Assembly (NCBI GenBank): GCA_907165135.1
Contig: OU015567.1
Coordinates: forward strand, 11,470,001 to 11,534,000
Source: Oikopleura dioica
Taxonomy: Eukaryota > Animalia > Chordata
Direction of reading: 5' to 3'
DNA length: 64,000 nucleotides
The translations under genes and the position numbers were made by a program. The stretch's first letter is position 1, and each line of letters begins with the position of its first letter. The notes under the pieces are model-generated. The model did not search any database, was not told the DNA's origin, and saw nothing but the letters and a program-made list of their open reading frames with translations. Of the stretch, positions 13,602-24,900 are shown piece by piece.

Positions 13602-16070
13602 TCAAATAAATTGCAGACGCAATTTCGTACCGTTTAGAAGACATAAAATAGCTGCAGCATCTTGAATCGATGGAACACCCATTATTGAATTCGGAAGCTG
13701 ATTTTCCCGTCGAAAGATTTCAATCTTTTTGATCATTTCTCCAAGTCCTTGGGTAAAATTTTTATACAAATGAATGTTGTTTGTGCTTGGTTTCTTCGGA
13801 GTTCTGATTTGTTCCATGAATTCGAAGGTCGGTACTTTGAACGCGTTTTTCAAGAACACACTTTTGATGATATCCTTTGTCGGCGTCGCTGAAGGTTCAC
13901 TAAACGTGTTTTTATGGAAGTTAGCTAAAGAATTTCTTACATTTGGGAGTTTGATGATGAATGATTTTTGGGTGAAATGCCGCTCGGAGTAATACGACCA
14001 GAAGATTGGTCTTTTTTGTTCCTCCTTTTCAGTATAATTGGTTTTTTATCACTTGCTGGTTTCAAAACCTGATCTTCTTCTTTTCTTGTTACTCGCTTTG
14101 GTGAAATAATTAAGGGTTTTTTTCGACGCTTGAGTTTCACTAAAGTTTCATCGGGCGGTTCGAATTTGTCAGGCTTCTCTTCGGCAGTTTCAGTTTTGAA
14201 GCTGACACGAGGTGATAATGGAGAACCTTCTTCAATTAAGCCTCGAAGGCCAGTTGAACTGCCACGTGAGCTGCATCCTTCTTCGTTTTCAAGTGACAGA
14301 TTATGTTTCCTTGTTATTCCTCTTCGTTTTGTTAATACAGTTGGAAAGCCAGAGTCGCCAAAATTTGGAAGTGATCCTTGTTGAAACTGTTCATTTTTCA
14401 GATGCTCATCTGGAATGATATTCTCTTGTGAAATGTCGCAGGGCATGGGAATCTCCCTCGATATGTCGAGATCGGTTGATTTTTCAAATTTTGAAGGCAG
14501 AGTTCCATTGATGAATTCTTCAAGCTCATCAATATCTGGATCTGTGAGATCTAACGTTGGCGAAACTTGGGAATCATCCATTGGAGAAGCTTGTTCAGAG
14601 GTTGGAGCTTCTAGCGGTGTTAAGGGAGTCTGATCTTCTTGCGAAAAATCTTTAGCCGTCTCATTACAATTTTTCTTTTGCGAAAGCAACTGACGGTCGC
14701 CGAGAGGCTCCTGTTGAATATTTTCATGTGAATTTGAAGAGATTCTTGCTGAGGAAGGTGTGAAATTCGGAGTATCCGGGTTGAACGAAAATGGCGCTTC
14801 GTCCTCAGACAAGTCTTCTTGATGTTGAAAGCGAGTTCTTTTGACTGGTGTTACTGGAGGAGGTATATCGTGCGTCTCGGGCAAATCCACAGCATCTTCA
14901 TTGCCAACTATTTCTTCAGGCGCCTCGTAATCTTTAGTCTTGAATCGTTTCTTCAAGCATGGAGTCAGTGGAGGCAGTCCTTGAATACGGGCGCTTCGGC
15001 GAGAAGGCTCTGAAGGCGTTCTTCTTGGAGTTCTTTTTGGTGTTGTTTTTGGTGTATTTGTAGGCGTGACAAAAGTCGATTTCGGTGGCGAGCTTTGAAT
15101 TGGAGTTTTGTAAACGTAATTTTCTTTCTTTGATGAGTTTTGAACAGGAGTAGAATAAACGTACGTCGTTTTTCTTCTGGACAATGGTCTTGGAGTTTTT
15201 GGAACTTGAACTTCATCTTCTTCGTCGACGACAATCACTTCTGTTGGAGGTAGGTCATGTTCGGTCAGGTCGATTACAATTGGTTTTTGTACGTTGTTTT
15301 CTTAATTAAAATAAGTTTTCATCTAAACATTTTTACTCTTACTGAAGTAGTGGTCTCTTGATTCTGGATACATCGCAAAAAATTGCTTATGTTGAATCTT
15401 GACTGCTTTCTTCAATACAGCTATCGACACCTTGATTTTCGAAAGTCTAGGACAGCTTTGAATGCAGCGCAATTCTCGTGCAAGTGAAACCGGACCTTCC
15501 TCAGCGTTAAGAATTCGTGATCGGATGAAAGACGTGAAGCCATCGGATAAGGATTCCCCTTGACAAATGTGTGGCGTCTCTATCACATGTCTTTTATTAG
15601 GTTTTCATTATTTTTATTTGAAAGAAGTTTTTTTTGTTTTTTTTTTGAATAAGAACCTTTTCCTGAAGTAGTTTCCGACTTTTAATCGGTCATTATTCTC
15701 TTTTACGAATTTTACTCTTGTGACATTTTTATTAGTAGTTTTCTCATAGATATTTTCATTCCTCGTGTAAATGATGGTGGCACCTTTACATCTTCTGTTA
15801 TTTTTGTTAGCGCAGCATATCAGAATTCCGGTTTCCGTTTCGTCTCGATCCTCGAAGCATCTGTAGCTGTGGTATTGCTTCATCTGCACCAACTTGCCCC
15901 CCGTAAGTATCCAAAAACCTGTGCATGGTCTTCCATTTTTCGTGCTTGATATTGGATATGAATTTAAAAGAAAAATGTAAGATTACCGCGCGGTTATGAA
16001 GAGGACAGGTGTGGGAGCCTCGCCGTTCTCTATTTCATAAAGTCTCTTTTCTATGTCATTGTATTCTTCC
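13602..16070 (-). CDS. Multi-exon protein with a possible N-terminal C-C-H/C zinc finger and a long Ser/Pro/Thr-rich disordered region
   Basis: The ATG at about 16070 and ORFs 15614-15892, 15323-15586, 13937-15238 and 13602-13859 link through GT-AG introns. No family was confidently recognised. Confidence 0.6.
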
Positions 16071-16694
16071 ATGTCAATTTTACTAAAATGGGCGATAAAT
16101 AAAAATCACTGTCAACCATGGAGACTCTAGAAATCAACAAAATTCAAGAACTACAATTTGTAGTTGCGAAATTTTATCAGACTGGTGTGTTTATAATTTT
16201 AATGGGCAGTAAGATAATAAGCAGAAGAATCTAAATGTTACGTGCAGGAAAAGCGCCTTTGTCCAAGAGCTTCAATTTGTCTGTGTCAGCTCTTCACTGT
16301 TGGCCTTCTCCATTGTTTAAACCTAGTCAGGCAAACTTGAGAGTAAGTCCAAGAGGAAGAGAAAGATCTGAGATCAGTTAGTTTAGAAAAGCTTTGACGC
16401 GGCATTGAATTTTGATCAACAAGCACCATGATTTTTCTAGTAAACATCAGCTAAACCGACGTTTACTTGCAATTAAATTTGAACTCTAGAACCAAATTCC
16501 GAGGGCGTGAGGAGTTGTCACGATTTGGCAGTATCAGCAGCGACATTTCCCGAGGCCGCGCCGCTCTCCCGCCAGAAATAATAGACTTCTGACTGAGGGC
16601 CTAGTCTTCTGAGATTTTTTTTCTTCATCCCTGCATCTTGAGTGCGGCGAGACTTGCGGAGCGCTTCTTATTTTTATGAGCGAGTGGTCGAAAA

Positions 16695-18688
16695 ATGAGC
16701 GGAATGGCCGAGCGGAAGGCGAAGAGAAAAGACTCGCTCGTGGAGTTAGAGAATTTTATAGACTCGTATTCTAATCCTGATACTGAACAAGGAAATGATG
16801 AGACGGCTCAAATGGTCAATGTGCTCAGGTATCTCTAGCGATCTGTCAGGGTCAAATAAAACTATTGAAGAGAACAAATGATGATGAACTTGAACTTGTT
16901 GAGTACAATGGGCGTTGGGATGCCCAACCCCCTCGGAATGCAAGCTATGCCGAACCCACTTGCGCCTGGGTTGAACCCACTTGCTCAGACGGCAATAAAT
17001 CCATTTTTGCTGAATCCTCTTTTAAATCCACTCATGGCAATGGGTGGGAAGTCGCCGTATATGATGAGCCCGCCTGTTCAGCAGACTCAAGAAATGCCTA
17101 AACCGCCACAAATTATCCCAATTCCTAAAGGTCAAAGCGCAGGAGACAGGTAAGTTTCTTTCAAAGTATCGAATGGTTATGATCTAGTCCGTTTCCGACT
17201 GTTATGATCCCTGGCTACGGCCCATGTCTGATGGTCCCTCAACAACCACAGCAATCAGCTCACTCTTTTCCCAATCAAAAAATGAGTCAAAAAGAAGCCC
17301 AAGAGCATTTTATTAATGCGAAGATGCAGCACGGAAGTCATAACAAGAACTTTCATGGAGGGAATCAACCCTTAACGAGATCTGTCTCGGATGATAAGCG
17401 CAGAAACAGCTTAAAGCACATGGCCCCGCCATCAGATAGACGAGAAAGCTTGCCAGATTTGAAATTTTTTCCAAAGCAAGATTCGGGCAACAGAAGAAGA
17501 CATTCTCTAGCAGCGGTTCAAGGAATCAAAGAAGAAAGAGTGGCCATAAAATCCAAAGTTTCAGGAACGTGTTCATTCTAGTCCCAAAAGATATTAACTG
17601 TAAATCAGCGATGAACATGAATAAGGATCAATTCAAAAACTTGCTGAATCTAAAGGAGTACGGCGAACAGTTGTGATAAAGTCCCGGGAAAAAGTTAACG
17701 AACCTTCATGTGAATCCTCAATTGACGATGAAGATGATGACGAAAGAGAAACTCGAGTTCGAAGATCGTCAATAAAAGGAGGGCATGAAATCTATGTTCA
17801 GCCTCATCGACGATCCTCGGTCCCGGACATCATGGTCACTACTACTGTCACACCGAAGCCAATCAAATCGATTCTAAAGAAAGCACCTGCTAAAGTGAAA
17901 GTTCAAGAGAACAACGAGAAGGACTTGACGTCTTTTACCCAAGGTAGGTGAATAAATGAAGGTTCACAACTATTTTATTTAGTTTTGAATAAGCTGGGAA
18001 CGGAAGACGAGGACTTGCCGAAAATCGCAGACCTCATTGTGAAAAAAGCGATTGATAACGAAAAGAATGTTTCTCGGCTGGTCATTATTTGCAGAGACAT
18101 GATAACTGCGAAGCCAATGTTCCGACAAAACCTGCTCGTCACTCTCCAAAAGAAACACAAAGACCGTCATCTAATCAAGGTATTGGACATAGATTTTAGT
18201 TGACTAGACTAAAGTGATTTTAGGAAGACTGCAGATTGAGATATCTTTCGCTTATAAGATTTCTCATCGAGATTTATACAACTCTGAAAACATCTGACGG
18301 TTCATCTTTCGTTGTTCTTACGAAGCCGATCAAAATAAGTCTGATTGAGATTATTGACGATGAGGAATTCGGTCCTGATGAAGGTGAAACTTTTCTAATA
18401 AGAATGGTTAACATATAACTTTTTAGGGAATTTGCTTGTCTACGCTTTGCCAAAGCTCGGCCCACCGCTTGCCATTGATGACTCTGACGCTCTTGAATTG
18501 CTCATGGCTTCTATCAGAACTCTTGCCATCACTGGAGAAGGATTATCTGATAAGGTAACATAAGCCCTAAACAATTTTCTCATTTTTAATTGAAGTCCCG
18601 AAAACAGCTGCTGAAAATTGTGGAATGTTACGCAAATTACTGTTTCAAAAGTTTGCCTCCTGCTGCCAAAGAATACTACAACCAATAA
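16695..18688 (+). CDS. CTIF: MIF4G-domain protein, CTIF/MIF4GD(SLIP1)-like
   Basis: A long Met/Pro/Gln/Ser-rich N-terminus precedes KIADLIVKKAID..FRQNLLVTLQKK..RYLSLIRFLIEIYTTLKTSDGSSFVVLTKPI..RKQLLKIVECYANY..PPAAKEYYNQ*, which follows the CTIF/MIF4GD C-terminal domain as I recall it. Confidence 0.7.
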
Positions 18689-18746
18689 AGCCTTTTCTCC
18701 ATTCAAAATCGATCATTTATTCAAAGCAACTGTTAGTCTCCACTAG

Positions 18747-19560
18747 TCACTCCAAAGCACTATCAGCAGAAAAATTCGCGAGGAGCATAAAATCATTGGA
18801 AAGATTATTCTTATGCTTCGGTTCAAACTTTTGCCTTTTCAAATCTTTAAAAACCTGCACTGCAAGTTCTTCCATGATCGAACCGGTCATGAAGACGAGC
18901 TTACCTCCCATTTCTTTTTGCAGAAAACGAGTCGCTAGAGAGGTCTTCATGAAACACTCCTCAGATAGAAAAGGGGGGTCAATAATGAGAATGTCGAACG
19001 ATCTCTTTAGCGATTCGGGGAGTTTCAAGGGGGATTTATAATCCCAGAAGTTAAAGTTATCAAACACTGCAAATCTTTCATCAAACTCAAACAAATAGAC
19101 AGAGTAGGATAACTTCTTAGATAGATAGAGATTCAGTCCTGCCTCCGTTAGACAACAAATTTTCTCTTTCATCAAAAGAAGTTATCCTACTCAGATTGAC
19201 TTTCGAAGTTTTTACATTTTAGTAAATGCTTGAAACAAGTAGGCGAGGAGATACATCCAATTTTCATTCCAGGCTCGTAGATGCTTAGAATAATTTTCTC
19301 CAGCGCCTCGCACGTTGGCTCATCGTACCAGAATTGACTCAAGTTCCAATCTTCTTGATGCTCGACTTCCAGTGCCTTTTCTGCATTTCCAGTGTTAATG
19401 AGGGCTTCTTCTTCGTTTTGACGAATTTCTTGTTCCTACAAATACATAAGCTCAACACAAAATCGATTAAACTTACTCTAAGAAATTCCATCAAAGCAGC
19501 TGAAGCCTCTTCCGACAAAACAATATCCGAGCATTCCGAGTCTTCTCTATTTCTTGACAT
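18747..19560 (-). CDS. EEF1AKMT1: EEF1A lysine methyltransferase 1 (N6AMT2)
   Basis: LSEEASAALMEF, WNLSQFWYD, IGCISSP, FEFDERF, FDILIIDPPFLSEEC, TGSIMEE and FEPKHKNNLSNDF are all family motifs. Confidence 0.92.
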
Positions 19561-19632
19561 TTTTAATCTAAAAATTCAATTGTCAAGAAGGATAAAAAAT
19601 ATAATCTTTAGTATAAAAATAGGTAAACAGAG

Positions 19633-20357
19633 CTATTTTCTTCGAATAACGGCAACCTTCCATTGTGCTTCAGCATCAGATTTGTTTTCGATTGACCAAG
19701 TTTCATCGGTAAAAACAGATTCAAGTAGCTCAAGCTCGGCATTGGTAGCTTGAATAACAGCTTGGCCGTTTTCAGCAAGGAGAAAGTTTACAGTGACGTA
19801 CAGTTGCTTTGCATTCTCATCTGATTGAAGTAGAAGTTTAGAAAACAGAACATCAAACTTCTGCTTCAGAGATTGATCGAACTCACTGGGAGACACAACA
19901 GGCCACGAGTGAAACGGAATCGAGATATCTTAATATTCAATCAATATAAATTTTTGGAGGACGGTACTGACCAGTATCAGAATTGTAGATATCAAAACAG
20001 TGGAGTTCTCCGTAACTTTTTGAAGCTTTCAGACCTGCATAAATCTTCGGAACCGCCACGCTCGCGACTTTTAGTCCGTTAGGAAGCATTTCATAGACTT
20101 TTAATGCTTCAGAAACAGCCTTCTCATCCTCTGGTTGGATTGGAAGAAAGTTTTGATTTTGATTGCTTCCACAAGAAATAAGCTTTATCCCGTCGCCATC
20201 AACTTGAGCCGATTCCTGTTGCTCCTGTAAGCTACGCGAAAATATAAGCTTTAATGAAGCACAAACTCACTTGATAGAATTCTGCTAGAGCGGCTTGTGC
20301 CTCTTCGGATAAAACTGGAATGCTTGATCCCTCTGAGTTCAGCGTTGTACGGCTCAT
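19633..20357 (-). CDS. Divergent EEF1AKMT1 paralogue lacking the DPPF motif
   Basis: The spliced reading MSRTTLNSEGSSIPVLSEEAQAALAEFYQ..LKVASVAVPKIYAGL..LHCFDIY..KFDVLFSKLLLQSDENAKQLYVTVNFLL is colinear with the neighbouring EEF1AKMT1. Confidence 0.7.
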
Positions 20358-20440
20358 TCTTTAAACGAAATATTTCAAAGAATCGGTTTTATAGATTCAG
20401 TGAGGGAATCGGAGAATAATTTAATTAAATAATTATCGAA

Positions 20441-21831
20441 TCAAAAGGCCAGTTTCTGGTCCATAGTTTCACATTCTAGCACTCTCCAGGCAGCGGACGG
20501 CTCGGGCTCCATTGGATCTCTACAGACTGACCAAACGTGGTACGATTTATAAACTTCATCGGGCTAAAAACACAAACTCGACAACGGTTTATCTAGAGAC
20601 AAAGTCACCTTTGGGTAGCCTTCTTGCTCAATAACATTTCCATCCTTGTCCGTGTACGCCATCAGCGTGTTCGTCTCGAAGGAGATCTGGAAGGCAGGCA
20701 TGTTATCATGAACGGTTCCATCCAAAATCTCGAGCTTTTGAAGGTTGATCGTTTTTTCATAATAAGTGATTTTGTTCTTTGCTTGCTCTCGATGCTTGAT
20801 CGCAAATCGCTGAGCTGGAGCATCAAAGCACCAATCTTCAATTACGTCCACGTCGTTGATAGCTTTTGCTTCGAGAATGATTGGGATCATTTCGGTTTCC
20901 AAAAAGTGCACGAAGGCTTCTTGGTCGAATTTCTTGTCCACTTGTCGAATAGCCCTGAATTCAGAGTGAGTTCTCAAGTTGATTTCACAAACTTACTTGA
21001 TCGTGTCATTATAGCTGTTCGATGTAAGTTTTCTCATCATTCCACCAGTCCTCTGCCCGAGAATAGCGAAGCCTCGAACCATTGCGTTTTCAGAGGCATT
21101 AATTCTAGTTCCAAGATCTTCCATACGCTGGCCCATGGCGGACTCCTTGTATCTTTCGTATAAGCTCCAGTCCTTATGAACAGTGACGCCCTCTGCCTCT
21201 GTATCTGCATCGAAGCTGACGTCACGATATTTTACTTAAAAAATTATGAAAATATGAATACCGAGATGGCCTACCTTCTTTTCTCATTCTGATAGGTACT
21301 GGCGTGTAATTTGGTGATACATAAGCATCTGTGAAAACCTCCATACGTTCTTCTGGGGATTGTTTTTCTGTGAACTCGATATTTTTGATATTTTCGAAGG
21401 TTTTCGTAAATGTTTCGCCAATATTTCCAACTGAAGAGGATGCTTTTTTGAGCGTCTGAAATCACATTTAAAAATATTATAATTTGATAATGGTACCTCT
21501 CCATATTTTGAGTCTTCCATTTTCTTTGCAAATTCTTCCGCTTTGTCACCTAATGATTCAACACCGCTTGCTGTCTCTCTGAATTAACCTTATTTACGGA
21601 AGCTCGAGAATGTGCCTACTTTTTAAGTTTCTTGTATCTTTCTGACTCAGCAAACTTTTTCTGGTCTTCTTTGACCTGTTTCTGGAGCTTGGCAAGCTCT
21701 TCATCAATGCCTTCTTTGCGAGATTCCTGTTTGAGAGCTTCTTGAAAGTTTTTGAACAAATTTTGATTGCCAACAGTTGTGCTAACGGGCCGTGCGCCGA
21801 GCTTGTGTAATGATGATATTCTACGAAGCAT
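20441..21831 (-). CDS. TIMM44: Mitochondrial import inner membrane translocase subunit Tim44
   Basis: An Arg/Ser-rich transit-peptide-like start is followed by FDQEAF..IPIILEA..IEDWC..FQISF..VWSVCRDPMEPEPSAAWRVLE, matching the Tim44 C-terminal domain. Confidence 0.88.
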
Positions 21832-21923
21832 TCTGAATCGACTGAATTCAAGAAGCTTTTACCATGTTTCTTTCCGTTTTATTTGAATAAAATGATGGAC
21901 AGAAATAGTAGCTACGTTTCTTA

Positions 21924-24900
21924 TCATTCTTGTGGGTCGATTCTAAGATCAAAGCTTTGATCCAGCCCCAAATACGAATCTGAGATGATATAAACAGTTA
22001 AAATACTCTTCGTTTCGGGTACTTCAAAGAAAATCATTTCCGTCTTCGTCTTCGTATTGAATTGGCTCACTTTCTTGAGAGCAAGAAGCTCTCCCGTCTC
22101 TGCGTTCCCAATGATGATGAACCAACCTTCCAGCTTTGGCTTAGGATAGCGAGGAGTCTGGGCGTAAATGGTTTTTCCACGCTGAAGGCAGGTTAGATTC
22201 ACTTGCAAAACGAACTCTTCGGCGGCCGGGAGTTTTATCCAGCTTTTCTCGTCGCGAAGATTGCCCTTGAAGTAATCATCTGAAATTCTTATTTATCGAT
22301 TATTTTTAGAAAATTGCGAAGACCTGGAATTTTTACGAATTCTTCCTCTGTATCAGTTCCAATACCAAATTTGCATTTTATCGCTGGTAGTCCCTTCAGA
22401 TATTCGTCCGCCTTGTGCAAGTCTTTGCCTTGGAGGCCAATAGTCTCCAAGATATTGGTCTTCTCATGAGGCTTCTTGAAGACGAGCTCCCCCATGCATT
22501 TGATTCTCATCTTTGATTTGAGATAATCGGCTTTCTTCTGGTCAACGTTCGGAATAGCCGTAAAGGGATCATCGCCGGGCCAGCGTCCTTGTGATATTCC
22601 TGAATTTTTCAGTTTATCTTGATTTTTTATTGACTATTCACCTTGTAAAATTCGAATGACTCGGATACAGTTGGCCAGATATCCAAGTTCCGCAGAGATG
22701 TCGATCATAGCTTGCATCACACGAGCAGCGTTGTCCATCACAGTCTTTGTATCTAACAAGTAATCTGAGCTTGGCAAAGTTCCTCGATTCATGTGAACTT
22801 GTAGCAAAAGATGCGTCTTTATTTCCGGCCTGTTTTATGGCTAACAATATTCCATCCGATTCCATTAAAAGTAAATCTTTTTCAGCCATTCCTTTCGTAA
22901 TGTCGCGGATCAACTTGGATAGGAACTTGTTTGGCAAGATGCTCATTTTCTTGATCTTCATTGTGACGAACAGGAAGTTCTGAAAATTCCGTTGCTTCTG
23001 TAAGAAGCTCCAAGAGATCTTCGGACGACATGTTCTTATTGAATTTCATGCAGAAATGTCGGGCTGTTTCGTGCCGGAGATAGTAATACGAGGCCAGTTG
23101 ACCGAGACTTGTGGCAAAGAGAAGATTGTTGTCTTCTTCATCAACCTATAAATTCATAAATACGCTGAAGATTTTTAAATTAGTTAAACCTCTACAACAC
23201 CAGAGCGTTCTAGCTCTCCAATCGTCTTTTCTACAAGTTCAGATAGGAATTCATTGATAGCTTCTCCTTCAAGTGTGTCTAGCTGGTAATAGTTTGGATT
23301 CATCAACAATCTTCTGAAGAAATACGTCCAGGTTAAGTAGTTCATCGCATCTTGCTTCGATTTGACTGTTCCAGCGACAATTTCAGCATTCAAGTGATCT
23401 GGTAGGACTCCAAGTAAGTTGCTTTCGACCGGGAATGGTTCGTAGATAAATTTCTTGTAGTAGTTCTTTTTTATATCGTGAATAAAGACGCATGCTACTG
23501 CTTCGTTATCATATTGTGGCCGCCCAGCTCGCCCGACCATCTGTAGAACATCGGTTATTCCAACATCAACAAATTTTCTCTGTTTTCCATCGAAATGCTC
23601 TGTTCCTTTAACAATAACCATGTGCGCTGGTAAATTAACACCCCATGCAAGTGTAGCTGTAGCGATCAGGATTTGAATTTTGCGATCTCGGAACAAATTT
23701 TCCACGATTCTTCTATCACTCTCAACGAGACCAGCATGATGCATTCCGATGCCGAATTCTAGTGTGTGACGGAGATTGACATCTTTGATTCGGTCAATAA
23801 GTGCGTCCAACTCAAGCTCGTTGATTAAATCGTAGTTTATCCATGCTTTTGGATTTTCATTTCCAGCAAGCAAAGAGATCAAAGAAAGGGCTGTCAGACG
23901 AGTTTGTCTACGAGATGAAACGAATATGATCACTGGTTTTGTCGGTGAGTGCTCTTGAATTGCCTGATACGCAGGCTTGTTCATGAGAGCCATGCGCGGG
24001 CAATAATGCTTTCCGGGGAAGCCTTGAACATGAATTCTCATTGGAACTGGTCGAACCGAAGGCTTGAAGTTATAAAGACCAAAGTTCTTGATTCCTAACC
24101 AATCAGCTAAATCGCGAGCATTGGCGAGAGCAGTGGAAAGACCCACGATTCGCAGGTTAGCCTTTGTTTGTGCGGAGATGAAATTGGTTCGTGTCACAAT
24201 CGATTCAAGAACAGGACCTCGATCCTCACCGAGCATGTGGATTTCATCAATGACGATGAGCCGCACATCTCGAACATACTTTCGAGTTTGCCAAGAACGA
24301 GAGATACCGTCCCATTTCTCAGGCGTTGTAATGATGATGTCAGCGCTGACAATCGCTTTTTGATCTGGAGCAATATCACCAGTCATCTCAACAAGTTTCT
24401 TGCCAAGTTTTCCTCCAAGTTTCTTGGTCCAATCATCCATTCGTTCTTTGACAAGAGCTTTCAGTGGCGCGATGTAGACGCACTTTCCGCTGGGATAGTC
24501 CCGGAAGACTTTAAGCATGCTCAACTCGGCACAGGCAGTTTTTCCGGAACCAGTTGGAGCACCGATTAAAGCGTTGCTATCGTGGTGATACAAACAGTGG
24601 AAAACTTGAGTCTGTATCGGGTTGAAATGAGAAAACGAATACAACGACTCATAATCTGGGTTGTTCAGCGCTGTGACTGGAATAGGTTGAATATCGAGAA
24701 GCTCCGTGTGAGCAGGATGCAGCTCAGCGACGATCAAGCCTCGGAGATCAATCGCGCAGGTTTCTGAAGCTCCAAGCCATCGATCAGACACAACTTTGAT
24801 CAAATACGCAGATGGGATCTTCTCTGGAAGAGCCACAGTGAAGTTAATATCGATAGGAGTCTGGCTGAGAACAGTTTTTCTAGTGACCATGAAGCTCTCA

